64,000 nucleotides of DNA, from assembly GCA_964474755.1 (NCBI GenBank), contig CAYYUG010000003.1, positions 7,580 through 71,579 of the forward strand, read 5' to 3'. Made by a program: the position numbers and the translations under genes. This DNA comes from an uncultured Rhodospirillaceae bacterium. Lineage in GTDB: Bacteria; Pseudomonadota; Alphaproteobacteria; UBA8366; GCA-2717185. The notes beneath the pieces are model-generated. The model searched no databases. It had not been told where the DNA came from and saw only the letters and a program-made list of their open reading frames with translations. Positions 17,207 through 26,917 of this stretch are shown here, piece by piece (position 1 is the first letter of the stretch; each line of letters begins with the position of its first letter).

Positions 17207-19227
17207 AATTCGGTTGCTTTCAGTGGGCGACACTCCACCAATTCGCCTGGAGTTGCGCCGAGTGCCGCGATGGCGAGCGGTCCGAGTTTTAATGTATTGC
17301 CGGTGTTGCCGATACGTGCCCAGCCACGCAAAGCAGCTGCACCACCGAAGTGGCTTAGCTCGATTAAATCGCCGTCCAAGACACCTAGATTTTGTGCGAT
17401 TTTAGCGGATAAGGTAATGCGCCGTCGCGTCCCGTCTATCTCATCTTCGTTCGCTAGTGCGACTGGCAGTGTCAAGCGGTTGGCGCGAGCCCTTTCCCTT
17501 TCCGACTGCGTTGCTGTTTCGTCAACGGCACCCAAGCTATTTATTATCACGCCGTACCGTTCCCTTGCCCGGTCCGCCCCGAGATATCCGAGTTGTACGT
17601 CATGCTGGACAAGTGCCGGGTCACGATCCAACGGATCGCCATGTCCGCCGCCGCCGGATGATTCGAGACGTACGATGTCACCTTTGCGCAACGGGAACCC
17701 ACCCACTTTTCCGGGAACGGGGGAGGGCTGGATCGTTTCGCCTTCGCGAATGACAGTGAAGCGGTTTTCAGTACCCCCATGCGCGCCGGCGACGCCGAAG
17801 GGTGGGATGATTGCATGGTCAGCTAGGACGGAAAGGCTGGCGCCGTCGCCGAGGATGCGAATATCGCGGCGCATCCCGCAACCGCCGCGGAATTTGCCGT
17901 CCCCGGCGGAGTTCTCGCGCAGGCCGTAGTGTTCGATCCGGATTGGGCATTGCATTTCGGCGATTTCCGCCGCATAGACGACGTTGAAGTCGCCCTCAAG
18001 AAAGGTGCGGACGACATGGTTGCCATCAGCGCCGGCAGTCGCGCCTGTCCCGCCTGCGGGATATTCGTATAGCAAAAACATTCCTGCCTTTTCGGCATCA
18101 GCATTGGCTTGTGGGCCGGACATATAGACATGGTTGGCGCCACCCTTGAGGTCGCCGACGATTTTTTCGGGCAGGGCCTTGCCTAGTGCGGAGATCACAA
18201 GGGCCGCCATAATGGCTCGGCATTCCGCCATTCCACCGCACGGGGCGGGGAGTGTAGCGTTTAAAAAACTCCCCGGCGGATTGATAATTTCGATCGGGTT
18301 AAAGGAGCCGTGGTTCACCGGTGTTTTGGGGTCCAAGAAGGATTTGACGACGCTGGCGACAGCATTTAGCGCCATCGCTGGTCCGACATTGGTTGGACCG
18401 CTGGTCTGCGGACTGCTGCCAGAAAAGTCGGCGATTAGGCGATCGCCAACGACGGTGAGCTTCAGTCGCCCGAGCAGTGGCTCAGGGTTGTGGCCGTCGC
18501 TATCGAGATAACCTTCTGCTAGATAGGTACCGTCCGGTATCATCGAGATGCGTTGCCGCGCCACGGCCTCCGAGCGTGCGATTAGCTCTTCCACCGCGTC
18601 GAGGAAGCCATCGCCGCCGAAGCGCGAGAACAGCCGCTCTATTTGCTCTGCCGCTTTGCGTGAGGTTCCAAGCATGGTGTTGAAGTCGCCACGGCGTTCA
18701 TGGCTGATCCGCATGTTGTTGATTAGTAAATTGAGAAAGGCGTCGTTCATCCGGCCCCTTTCGCATATTCGCGTCGGCTCGATGCGCATCCCTTCCTGGT
18801 AAATTTCCTTCACTCTTCCGGATAGCGAGCCCGGTGTCATACCGCCAACATCGCCCCAGTGGCAGCGCGTCGCCGTGAACATAGCTAGTTTGCCGTCATG
18901 GAAGACGGGGAACAGCATCAGGATGTCGTTGAGATGGGTTCCACCTGTATAGGGATCGTTGTGCAAGAAAATATCGCCTTCATGGATATCGTCGGCGAAA
19001 GTCTTGACCACCTCAGCAGTGGAGTAGGGGACGGCGAAGATGTGGATGGGATTGTCCGCTTCACCCTGCGCGATCAGGCGGCCGTCTGCTGTGACAAGTG
19101 CGCAGGAAAAATCGTGTCCCTCGTAGATGATCGACGAGTAGGAACTACGGATCACGTTGGCCCGCATCTCGTTAACCACGGCAACAAGCGATTCACGGAT
19201 AAGCTCCAAGCGGCCGAGTTCGTTCAT
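17203..19227 (-). CDS. hyuB: hydantoinase B/oxoprolinase family subunit
   Basis: 674-aa ORF. LELIRESLVAVVNEMRANVIRSSYSSIIYEGHDFSCAL is typical of the PF02538 N-terminus. Confidence 0.85.
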   Translation of the reverse strand: MNELGRLELIRESLVAVVNEMRANVIRSSYSSIIYEGHDFSCALVTADGRLIAQGEADNPIHIFAVPYSTAEVVKTFADDIHEGDIFLHNDPYTGGTHLNDILMLFPVFHDGKLAMFTATRCHWGDVGGMTPGSLSGRVKEIYQEGMRIEPTRICERGRMNDAFLNLLINNMRISHERRGDFNTMLGTSRKAAEQIERLFSRFGGDGFLDAVEELIARSEAVARQRISMIPDGTYLAEGYLDSDGHNPEPLLGRLKLTVVGDRLIADFSGSSPQTSGPTNVGPAMALNAVASVVKSFLDPKTPVNHGSFNPIEIINPPGSFLNATLPAPCGGMAECRAIMAALVISALGKALPEKIVGDLKGGANHVYMSGPQANADAEKAGMFLLYEYPAGGTGATAGADGNHVVRTFLEGDFNVVYAAEIAEMQCPIRIEHYGLRENSAGDGKFRGGCGMRRDIRILGDGASLSVLADHAIIPPFGVAGAHGGTENRFTVIREGETIQPSPVPGKVGGFPLRKGDIVRLESSGGGGHGDPLDRDPALVQHDVQLGYLGADRARERYGVIINSLGAVDETATQSERERARANRLTLPVALANEDEIDGTRRRITLSAKIAQNLGVLDGDLIELSHFGGAAALRGWARIGNTGNTLKLGPLAIAALGATPGELVECRPLKATEL

Positions 19228-19397
19228 GGCATATTTCCCGCTTAGGATTTCTACTGTTGAGTACTATAGGGCAATGGAACCGCGAAGCGAATGCCGCACG
19301 GCGATCGTTAGCATTGCGTTATGTTGTAGTATGGAGAGAATTATGGCATTCGGAAATCGGCGCGGAGGGTGCCGACAATCTAGGGGAGGATGACGGG

Positions 19398-20354
19398 ATG
19401 GCTGACGGCGATCTTTGGGCCTATTTGAACGGAGAGTTGGTGCGTGGTGACGATGCGGTGCTGCCGCTTACGGATCGGGGTGTGCAATGGGGCGATGCAG
19501 TTTACGATTCGATACGTACCTACGCCGGCAAACCCTTCCAGGTACCGTTTCGGATCGACCGTTTTTTTCGAAGTTTGCAATACACGCGTATAAATCCTGG
19601 TATCACCAAGGATCAACTGGCTAAGGCGACTGAAGAGGTTGTTGAGGCGAATATGCCGCTGCTCGGTGCCGATGAGGAATTGAGCATCAACTACTACGTT
19701 TCGCGCGGTTCTATGGAAATGACGGACGGTCGCACGCCTGCCGGGACCGTTGCGATCTTTTGCCGCTTGGTTGGCTTCGCAGCCTTCGCTGAGTTTTATG
19801 TCCGCGGCGGCGCTGCGATCACGCCATCGACGCGTCGTACACCACCAGAATGTGTGTCACCAAAAGCAAAAATTGCAAATAAAATGAACCACTTTGTCGC
19901 GGATATGGAAGCAAAAGCTTATAATCCCGATGCATTTGCTGTGATGCTGGATCTCGAGGGCAATATTACCGAGGGAACCGGTTCGAATTTCATGTTCGTG
20001 TCAGGTGGCCGGATCAAGGTTCCAGATACACGACTAGTTCTGAGTGGCGCCGACATGGATTTCATTGGAGAACTGTCCTCGGACATGCAAATTGGTTCCG
20101 ACGAGGGCACTTACACGCCTTATGACGTTTACAACGCTGATGAGGCATTCCTGACAACGAATAGCTTCGGCATCTTGCCAATCACTAGCATGAACGGGTT
20201 GCCTATCGGTGACGGTAAGGTGGGACCGGTGACACGCCGTCTGACAGAAGCCTGGTCCGACAAAGTGGGTAGCGATTTTGTGACGCAGGCCTTGAAGCAT
20301 CTAGACCCTGAACTGCGTGAGACGCTCGAGGTAGAGCGAGCTGGGGCGGCCTAA
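19398..20354 (+). CDS. class IV (branched-chain / D-amino-acid) aminotransferase family protein
   Basis: ORF 19257..20354 trimmed to ATG 19398 (GGAGGA upstream). LNGELV...LPLTDRGVQWGDAVYDSIRTY, KIANKMNHF, and NITEGTGSNFMFV are typical of PF01063. Confidence 0.8.
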   Translation: MADGDLWAYLNGELVRGDDAVLPLTDRGVQWGDAVYDSIRTYAGKPFQVPFRIDRFFRSLQYTRINPGITKDQLAKATEEVVEANMPLLGADEELSINYYVSRGSMEMTDGRTPAGTVAIFCRLVGFAAFAEFYVRGGAAITPSTRRTPPECVSPKAKIANKMNHFVADMEAKAYNPDAFAVMLDLEGNITEGTGSNFMFVSGGRIKVPDTRLVLSGADMDFIGELSSDMQIGSDEGTYTPYDVYNADEAFLTTNSFGILPITSMNGLPIGDGKVGPVTRRLTEAWSDKVGSDFVTQALKHLDPELRETLEVERAGAA

Positions 20355-20390
20355 ATTCACTAAACGTTACAATTGTTTGTGTTAAATCGT

Positions 20391-22085
20391 ATGGTTGACT
20401 TCAACTGGCGCGACCGGGCAGCGACCCTATTCGACTGCGAAAAACAGCCGGCTGTTGGTTCGCGCGGTATGGTCGTTACTAATCACCCGCTTGCGTCTGC
20501 GGCAGGTATGCAGTTGCTGGCTGGCGGCGGCAACGCCTTTGATGCGGCGATCGCATCCTTCTTTGCACTGACCGTTGTCGAGCCGATGATGGTCGGGATC
20601 GTTGGCGGTGGAATGACGCATATTCGCTTTGCGGATGGCCGGCATACGGTGATCGATGGACAGGTGCGTGCTCCGCTGGCCTCCGGTCCGGATTGTTTTC
20701 GGCCCATATCGGACACGCTTCCTGACTATCTGGAGACCGAAGGGCGCGAGAATGCGATTGGCATAAAATCTGTCGCTGCACCCGGCAACCTCAAGGCGTG
20801 GTGCGAAATACTCGCGCGTTTCGGCACCGTTTCGCTAGCAGATGCCATGGCGCCGGCGATCGCCTTCGCGTCTCAAGGCTTTGCAGTCACGCCTTATCTT
20901 AACGAGTGCATAACCGATGCGGCGGATGACCTGCTTCAAAATTCTGCAATTTCGGAGATATTCCTGTCAGACGGCAGTCCGGCCGCCGTTGGAAGCAAGA
21001 TGGTGATGAGAGACTATGCTGAGACGTTGCGAGCCATCGCGTCAGAAGGACCGGGTGTGTTTTACGGCGGATCGTTGGGACGAACTGTTGCAGAATATTT
21101 TCAAAATTCGGGCGGTTTCCTGTCGATGGCGGATTTTGAGGATTATGCGACTGTCGAGCGTGACGTTGTCCGCGGTACCTATCGAGGCTACGAGATAGTC
21201 GGCCCACCGCCGCCGGCGGCCAGCGGAATCCACATCGTCCAGATGCTGAATTTGCTTGAAGGGTTTCGCGTCGATGAACTTGGATTTGGTACGCCAGAGA
21301 CGCTGCATCTGCTGGCTGAAGTTCTGAAGATCGCTTTTGCTGACCGAAAAGTAGCGACTGCTGATCCCGACTTTGTTGACGTGCCCGTTGAGCGGTTGCT
21401 CTCGAAAGTCTATGCGGACGAGCGCCGGCCCGAAATCGATGTGAAACGGGCTAGGCAATGGGATGCTGGCGTCACCCCACCTGAATCGGCGAATACAACG
21501 CATCTGACCGTTGCCGATGGCGAAGGGAACATCGTCGCCATGACGCAGACAATCAACAGTACTTTCGGCGCTCGGATCGTCGTCCCAGGCACTGGCATTA
21601 TTCCGAATAACTACATGTATGTCTTTGATCCGCATCCAGACCATGCTCTGTCGATCGCACCAGGCAAACGGGTAACATCTTCGATGTCGCCGATGATGGC
21701 GTTGAAAGATGGCGAACCATTGGTCGCGCTCGGTTTACCTGGAGGTTTGCGGATCTTCCCTTCGGCGATGCAGGCGCTGATCGCGATTATTGATCACGGC
21801 ATGAGCGTGCAGGAGGCCGTAGAGGCGCCACGGCTTTGGACCCAGGGTGGACCCGTTGAGTTGGAGATCGGATTTCCGGATGCCGTTCGCAAAGAACTAG
21901 CGGGGCGAGGGCACGAAATACAAATGGTGCCGCATGTCGGCGGCGGAATGAATGCCATCGCGTTTGGCGACGGTGGTCAGATGACCGGCGCTGCTTGCTG
22001 GCGCGCGGACGGTACGCCTGTCGCACTATCCGGCGGCTTGGCGCGCCCAGGAGTTCGGTTCTGGCCTGATAAAGCGATGCGCTAA
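20391..22085 (+). CDS. gamma-glutamyltransferase-family Ntn hydrolase (no signal peptide)
   Basis: ORF 20373..22085, with ATG 20391 as the likely start. It has GMVVTNHPLASAAGMQLLAGGGNAFDAAIA and the autoprocessing/catalytic Thr context ANTTHLTVADGEGN. The N-terminus is hydrophilic. Confidence 0.8.
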   Translation: MVDFNWRDRAATLFDCEKQPAVGSRGMVVTNHPLASAAGMQLLAGGGNAFDAAIASFFALTVVEPMMVGIVGGGMTHIRFADGRHTVIDGQVRAPLASGPDCFRPISDTLPDYLETEGRENAIGIKSVAAPGNLKAWCEILARFGTVSLADAMAPAIAFASQGFAVTPYLNECITDAADDLLQNSAISEIFLSDGSPAAVGSKMVMRDYAETLRAIASEGPGVFYGGSLGRTVAEYFQNSGGFLSMADFEDYATVERDVVRGTYRGYEIVGPPPPAASGIHIVQMLNLLEGFRVDELGFGTPETLHLLAEVLKIAFADRKVATADPDFVDVPVERLLSKVYADERRPEIDVKRARQWDAGVTPPESANTTHLTVADGEGNIVAMTQTINSTFGARIVVPGTGIIPNNYMYVFDPHPDHALSIAPGKRVTSSMSPMMALKDGEPLVALGLPGGLRIFPSAMQALIAIIDHGMSVQEAVEAPRLWTQGGPVELEIGFPDAVRKELAGRGHEIQMVPHVGGGMNAIAFGDGGQMTGAACWRADGTPVALSGGLARPGVRFWPDKAMR

Positions 22086-22168
22086 AACTCATTAGTATTT
22101 CAGAAATTTGCAGGTGAATTGACGTAAAGATAGGGTCCTCTGGTAACCTCAGGTAGGCAGGTACATTC

Positions 22169-23533
22169 ATGACAACACGCATTCTCGTTCCTACTGGTGC
22201 CCTGGGTATCAGTTTTAGCGAAGAAGCCTTCGCACGCGGAGTTGCAGCGAAGCCAGACATCATCTGTGTTGACGGAGGGTCGACCGATAGCGGTCCCTTT
22301 TATCTGGGGACAGGGACATCGAAATATTCCCGAGCAGCGACGAAGGAAGAATGGCGCCGTCTGATGGACGCGCGCGAGGAAGCTGGTGTGCCTCTAGTGA
22401 TTGGCACATGCGGGACCTGCGGAGCTGATGCCGCGGTCGATTGGATGTTGTCGATTACGAAGGAGCTGGCGGCGGAACTCGGTCAAACAGTCAAAATTGC
22501 AGCGCTATACTCCAGCCAAATGACGCCGGATGTGCAAGCAGCCCTTCGAGACGGGCGCATAGCACCCTTGTCGCCGGCCCCGGATATCACGGACGAGGCG
22601 CTTGCGCGAACCGAAAACATTGTCGCACTTGCCGGGGCGGAACAGATCAACGCTGCGCTCGACACTGGTGCTGATATTGTGTTGTGCGGACGGGCGACGG
22701 ATACAGCGATTGTCTCAGCGCTCCCGTTGAAGCGAGGCGAGCATGCCGGTGCCGCGTGGCACGGAGCGAAAATTGCTGAGTGTGGCGCGCTTTGCAGCAC
22801 CGATCCGACCAGCGGAGTTATTTTGCTTGAAATTGATGAAGAAGGGTTCACGGTCGAGCCACTGGGAGAGGCCGCGCGTTGTACCCCGCATTCAGTATCA
22901 GCTCACATGCTGTACGAGAATTCTGATCCCTTCATACTGTACGAACCCGGCGGTCATCTTGATGTAACTAGGGCGAAATACGAGGCGTTAGATGAGCGTC
23001 GCGTTCGCGTGACTGGCTCGAAATGGGTGCCATCAAACCGATACACCGTAAAACTCGAGGGGGCGCGTGTCGGTGGCTACCAGACGACAATCATGGCGAT
23101 ACTTCGCGACGAACGTTATGTCGAGAATGCCCGGGAATGGGTTAATAAGTTGCATTCTTTCGTAAGTGAGCAAATCGAGAAGCGAATGGGAATGCCCGCG
23201 ACAGACTACGATCTCGAATTTCGCCTCATCGGCGTAGATGGTGCTCTCGGATCGCTTGAACACAAACTCTCTGCACCGACAGAGGTTGGCGTTTTGGGCA
23301 TTATCACAGCATCCGATGAGGAAACCTCGAGCGAGATTGCAAAGCTTATCAATCCCTATGTTCTTCATTACCCGCTGACCCGGGACGAAGAATTGCCAAC
23401 CTTCGCATTTCCGTTCTCGCCGGCACATTCTGATCGAGGGGCACTCTACGAGTTTTGCCTTAACCACGTGATGGTGCTAGGTGACCCGATGGAGGCCTTC
23501 CGCCTGTCGCTGACCGAGGCCGGTAATGGCTAG
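22169..23533 (+). CDS. AtuA-like (DUF1446) family protein
   Basis: 454-aa ORF. The ILVPTGALGISF...DIICVDGGSTDSGPFYLGTG pattern matches my memory of the acyclic terpene utilisation AtuA/DUF1446 family. Confidence 0.6.
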   Translation: MTTRILVPTGALGISFSEEAFARGVAAKPDIICVDGGSTDSGPFYLGTGTSKYSRAATKEEWRRLMDAREEAGVPLVIGTCGTCGADAAVDWMLSITKELAAELGQTVKIAALYSSQMTPDVQAALRDGRIAPLSPAPDITDEALARTENIVALAGAEQINAALDTGADIVLCGRATDTAIVSALPLKRGEHAGAAWHGAKIAECGALCSTDPTSGVILLEIDEEGFTVEPLGEAARCTPHSVSAHMLYENSDPFILYEPGGHLDVTRAKYEALDERRVRVTGSKWVPSNRYTVKLEGARVGGYQTTIMAILRDERYVENAREWVNKLHSFVSEQIEKRMGMPATDYDLEFRLIGVDGALGSLEHKLSAPTEVGVLGIITASDEETSSEIAKLINPYVLHYPLTRDEELPTFAFPFSPAHSDRGALYEFCLNHVMVLGDPMEAFRLSLTEAGNG

Positions 23534-23825
23534 GCTGGGTGACAGCGTTCTCAAGGTTCGCTCGAAGAATGCAGGGCCATTCTGGGTAACGATCGATGTT
23601 TTTTGCGGCGACTTGGAAACGTTCGAAAAAATTTCAAAGGGCTTGTCGACTGGCAATGTTGCGCGGCTGTTTGGTCAACCGACGCAAGAGGTCAAACGAT
23701 TTGATATCGCCGATCTGAACGTGGTCAAGTTCAGTTTTCCCCGTCCCATCGTGCAGGGAAACCGCGACGACCGCGATATGCATGGTGCACAATGGGCGGC
23801 ACTTCTCGCGGAACACGAACTCTGA
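23526..23825 (+). CDS. DUF4387-like small protein (usual partner or C-terminal module of AtuA)
   Basis: 99-aa ORF overlapping the atuA-like stop by 8 nt. VRSKNAGPFWVTIDVF...DLNVVKFSFPR resembles DUF4387. Confidence 0.55.
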   Translation: MARLGDSVLKVRSKNAGPFWVTIDVFCGDLETFEKISKGLSTGNVARLFGQPTQEVKRFDIADLNVVKFSFPRPIVQGNRDDRDMHGAQWAALLAEHEL

Positions 23826-23828
23826 ATG

Positions 23829-24731
23829 TTAACGGTTTACCGAAGAGGGGTTGAAACCGGTGGCGCGCTCGTCGCGGCCGGTCGGTGCCAGTTCGCTCGC
23901 TAAATTGCCGGCGATGCGGGTTGCTTGGAGAACACGCGCCTCTTTGAAATCATAGGGCCGAGCACGGTGCAGGACGCATCGATTATCCCAGACCAGCAAA
24001 TCGCCGACGGTCCAGTGATGGGTATATACGCGCGGCGCTTTTGCGGCTTGGTCGAGAAGATCATCAAGGAGTGCCTGCGCGTCCTCGTCTTCCATGCCTG
24101 GAATTCGATAGGTGTGACGACCGATGCATAGACATTTTCGGCCGGTGACGGGGTGCACCTTGATTAGCGGACGCAGCGGTGCGCCTTTATCATGGTACCC
24201 GTAGGCTGACCCGGTTTCGAACTTGTAGCCGATCTTCGCCTGCGATGCGTAAAGTGAGTGATAGGCCGAGAGACCCTCGATTCGCGACTGAGTGACTTTG
24301 TCCAGCGCGTCGTAGCCAGCTCGCATATCGGCCAGCTCGGTCTCGCCGCCTTCCGGTGGTACCACAAGAGCAGAAAGCAGTCCGGCTTTGGCCGCTATTG
24401 GCATATAAGTACTGTCAAGGTGCCAGCCTTCATTGCCTCGCAGCGATTTGAAGCGTTGCTCGTCCGGTTTCATGATCGAGCCGTCCTGATTTCGGTTGGA
24501 GATCTGAACGCCTTCTTTGCCTTCGCGCAAAATTTCTAGGTCTCCAAACCGTTTTCCGAATGCGACTTGCTCTGCGTCACTCAGGTGCTGCCCTGGGAAT
24601 ACCAACGCAGCGTGCGTTAGAAATGCCTCTTCAACGATGCGCCAAGTCGGCTCATCCAAATTTGCAAGATCAACATCGGTTATGACAGCGCCTAGGCTAA
24701 GACCTTCAATCGGCGTAACAGTGGGAGCCAT
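23829..24731 (-). CDS. TauD/TfdA-family Fe(II)/2OG dioxygenase
   Basis: 300-aa ORF. GAVITDVDL..., WHLDSTY (HxD), and WTVGDLLVWDNRCVLHRA are typical of PF02668. Confidence 0.85.
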   Translation of the reverse strand: MAPTVTPIEGLSLGAVITDVDLANLDEPTWRIVEEAFLTHAALVFPGQHLSDAEQVAFGKRFGDLEILREGKEGVQISNRNQDGSIMKPDEQRFKSLRGNEGWHLDSTYMPIAAKAGLLSALVVPPEGGETELADMRAGYDALDKVTQSRIEGLSAYHSLYASQAKIGYKFETGSAYGYHDKGAPLRPLIKVHPVTGRKCLCIGRHTYRIPGMEDEDAQALLDDLLDQAAKAPRVYTHHWTVGDLLVWDNRCVLHRARPYDFKEARVLQATRIAGNLASELAPTGRDERATGFNPSSVNR

Positions 24732-24753
24732 GTTTCGTTCCTATTGCATAGCG

Positions 24754-24805
24754 ACTATTGGTCAATAGTATCGACGAATAAATGATGCAAAGGCAAATTT
24801 TGCCT
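24754..24805. promoter_or_regulatory. two short palindromes in the TauD/cupin divergent region (ACTATTG-gt-CAATAGT and AGGCAAA-t-TTTGCCT)
   Basis: Read directly at 24754..24769 and 24791..24805. An additional CTATTG half-site lies at 24741..24746. These are candidate operators. Confidence 0.3.
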
Positions 24806-24833
24806 CGCTCAATCCGTTTGAGAGGACTGAACA

Positions 24834-25097
24834 ATGAACGAAACTGAATTTACAAGATCCTGCGAGGTAGATGGTTTTAAGGTGAAACGGATGGATCGCT
24901 CTGCGGGAATGAGCAATGAAATGCACACCCATATTTTCTCTGCAAAATTGATGGTTTTAAAAGGCGAGTTTACCGTTGTTTTTAAAGATGTCGAAGCCGT
25001 CTGTGGCCCAGGCGACACCTGCGAAGTTCCTGCTGGAACGCAGCACGCTGAACGGACCGGTTCAGATGGGGCTACGATCCTAATAGGCAAAAAGTAG
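24834..25097 (+). CDS. cupin-domain small protein
   Basis: 87-aa ORF with HTH...G....VPAGTQH spacing typical of cupin_2. Confidence 0.6.
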   Translation: MNETEFTRSCEVDGFKVKRMDRSAGMSNEMHTHIFSAKLMVLKGEFTVVFKDVEAVCGPGDTCEVPAGTQHAERTGSDGATILIGKK

Positions 25098-25103
25098 AGG
25101 CGA

Positions 25104-25577
25104 CTAGAGCGGTATCACGAGGAGTGTGTCGATTCCACGGCTGTCGAAGACGACTAGCCTTTCCGAGAATTTGAGCGCATTGTCGTTCTCGACGATGCGG
25201 TCATAGTAACAGCCGGTGCTAAAGATCATTGCCGAACCATCGCGCATGATCCGGGTTACCTGGTAATTTGTTTCTGCCAGCATCGTATCGCCTTCCACAG
25301 CTTTGATAAGCGTGGTCGATAGGATGTGCCGGTAGCGGTGATCCTCATATATATTCGCTTCACGAAGAGCCATAATGCGGTCGCGCAGCATGTCGCGAGA
25401 ATCGCAATCGATTACGCCAAGCGGCAGATCTAACTCGAAATTCTCGGCTGAGATAATTTTGTAGACGCAACTTTTGGTGAAATACTCCGGCCATTCCTCG
25501 AAACGACCGCTATCGAGACTGTCCGCGCAGCGCGCCAGTAGATCTTGAACCCGAAGCTGCCGTTTTATGTCCACCAA
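25104..25577 (-). CDS. aromatic-ring-hydroxylating dioxygenase beta subunit (NTF2-like)
   Basis: 157-aa ORF immediately downstream of the alpha subunit. FEEWPEYFTKSCVYKI...DRIMALRE...YEDHRYRHIL is typical of PF00866. Confidence 0.8.
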   Translation of the reverse strand: MVDIKRQLRVQDLLARCADSLDSGRFEEWPEYFTKSCVYKIISAENFELDLPLGVIDCDSRDMLRDRIMALREANIYEDHRYRHILSTTLIKAVEGDTMLAETNYQVTRIMRDGSAMIFSTGCYYDRIVENDNALKFSERLVVFDSRGIDTLLVIPL

Positions 25578-25579
25578 AT

Positions 25580-26827
25580 TTAGAGCCCCATGTGGCTGCG
25601 ATAGGCTGCCCAGAAACCGCGCACCGAAGCTTCGGTGGTTCGCGTGTTGTCGCTAATATGATCGCGACCACCCATTTCGATGATAGAGCTTTCTTCGAGG
25701 GCGCCTGGAATACCGCGTTGCACGAAATTTCCGACTGCTCCATCCTCCATAGATATGTAGCCGGCAGGGCCGATCAAGTTCGCCTGTTTGAGACGCATTT
25801 TGGTAGTTATTTCATCATCGTCTTCGAAGCCTAGTACGGTCCAGTTTAGCTCGGTACGATTAACACCCTTGGGCAGTATCTGCCGAACAGCGATGCTATT
25901 TTCGACTTGCTGCAGAATAAAATTTGGGAAGACTGAAAGGATTTGAATATTGATACCGTCGCCGAATTCATCAAAGGATTCTAGCAGGGAAGGGTCGGCG
26001 AGCTGGTAGTCGTCGCGGCTGGCGCGCAATTTGGACTCGTCATATTCGGCATTCGCGTGGATAGTTCGGCGCTTCGAATAGCTCGCATGATTGCCGCCGG
26101 TTGGATCGACTAGAACACCGCCTTCCGAGGAAAGGCGGTTTATTCGAAACGTTGCGAAGAAAAGGTGAAGTAAGCCGGCATGGTAAGAATCCTTCACGTT
26201 CTCGACATACAGTTTCCAATTATTATTAAGTATTTGAGTGTGATATCCTAAAATTCTAAGAGGACGGTTAAGCACGCGATCGATCCTTTGCAGGATATCG
26301 GGACCTATAAATTCTTCTAGCGACGGTGTGTTGTCGGAAAAGGTTCCGAATACAAGGCCGCAGCGTTTGCCGGTACGCAACGGTCGCATCCGATGGTCTT
26401 TTACGTTGAAGTCATCCGGCATTCCACCGCGGCCCTTAACACCTTTGGCGAAAGCCGCGCTAATCAGTTCGCCTTTTAATCCATAGATCCAGTTGTGGTA
26501 GACGCAGGTCAGTGTTTTGGCATTGCCTCTATCTTTTAGGCACACCATCGCTCCCTTATGTACGCAGCGGTTCTCGAAGGCATTTATGTCGCCATTTTCG
26601 TCGCGTATGACGATTATTGGGGTTTCGCCAACGTATGTGGTTTTGTAGTCGCCGGAGTTTGGAATTTCGTTGGCCAGGCAAAGTAGTTGCCAGGTTTCAC
26701 CCTGAAAGATCTGTTTCTGCTCGGCAGCGTAGATGTCCCTATCGACGAATGTACGGTAGGGTACCCGACTGTTGCCGGCTTCTGGCCATTTCAAGAGTTG
26801 CGGATCGTTGGTCAGGACGTCAGTCAT
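25580..26827 (-). CDS. aromatic-ring-hydroxylating dioxygenase alpha subunit (Rieske)
   Basis: 415-aa ORF with the Rieske motif CVHKGAMV...CVYHNWIY and a catalytic domain containing DSYHAGLLH. Confidence 0.85.
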   Translation of the reverse strand: MTDVLTNDPQLLKWPEAGNSRVPYRTFVDRDIYAAEQKQIFQGETWQLLCLANEIPNSGDYKTTYVGETPIIVIRDENGDINAFENRCVHKGAMVCLKDRGNAKTLTCVYHNWIYGLKGELISAAFAKGVKGRGGMPDDFNVKDHRMRPLRTGKRCGLVFGTFSDNTPSLEEFIGPDILQRIDRVLNRPLRILGYHTQILNNNWKLYVENVKDSYHAGLLHLFFATFRINRLSSEGGVLVDPTGGNHASYSKRRTIHANAEYDESKLRASRDDYQLADPSLLESFDEFGDGINIQILSVFPNFILQQVENSIAVRQILPKGVNRTELNWTVLGFEDDDEITTKMRLKQANLIGPAGYISMEDGAVGNFVQRGIPGALEESSIIEMGGRDHISDNTRTTEASVRGFWAAYRSHMGL

Positions 26828-26917
26828 GGCGATACTTTCGAAGCAGGCTATCTGGAAGAGAGTAACGAAATCCTGGGCGAACGGATAATTAATGAGCAGC
26901 CGCTGCGAGCGATACTG

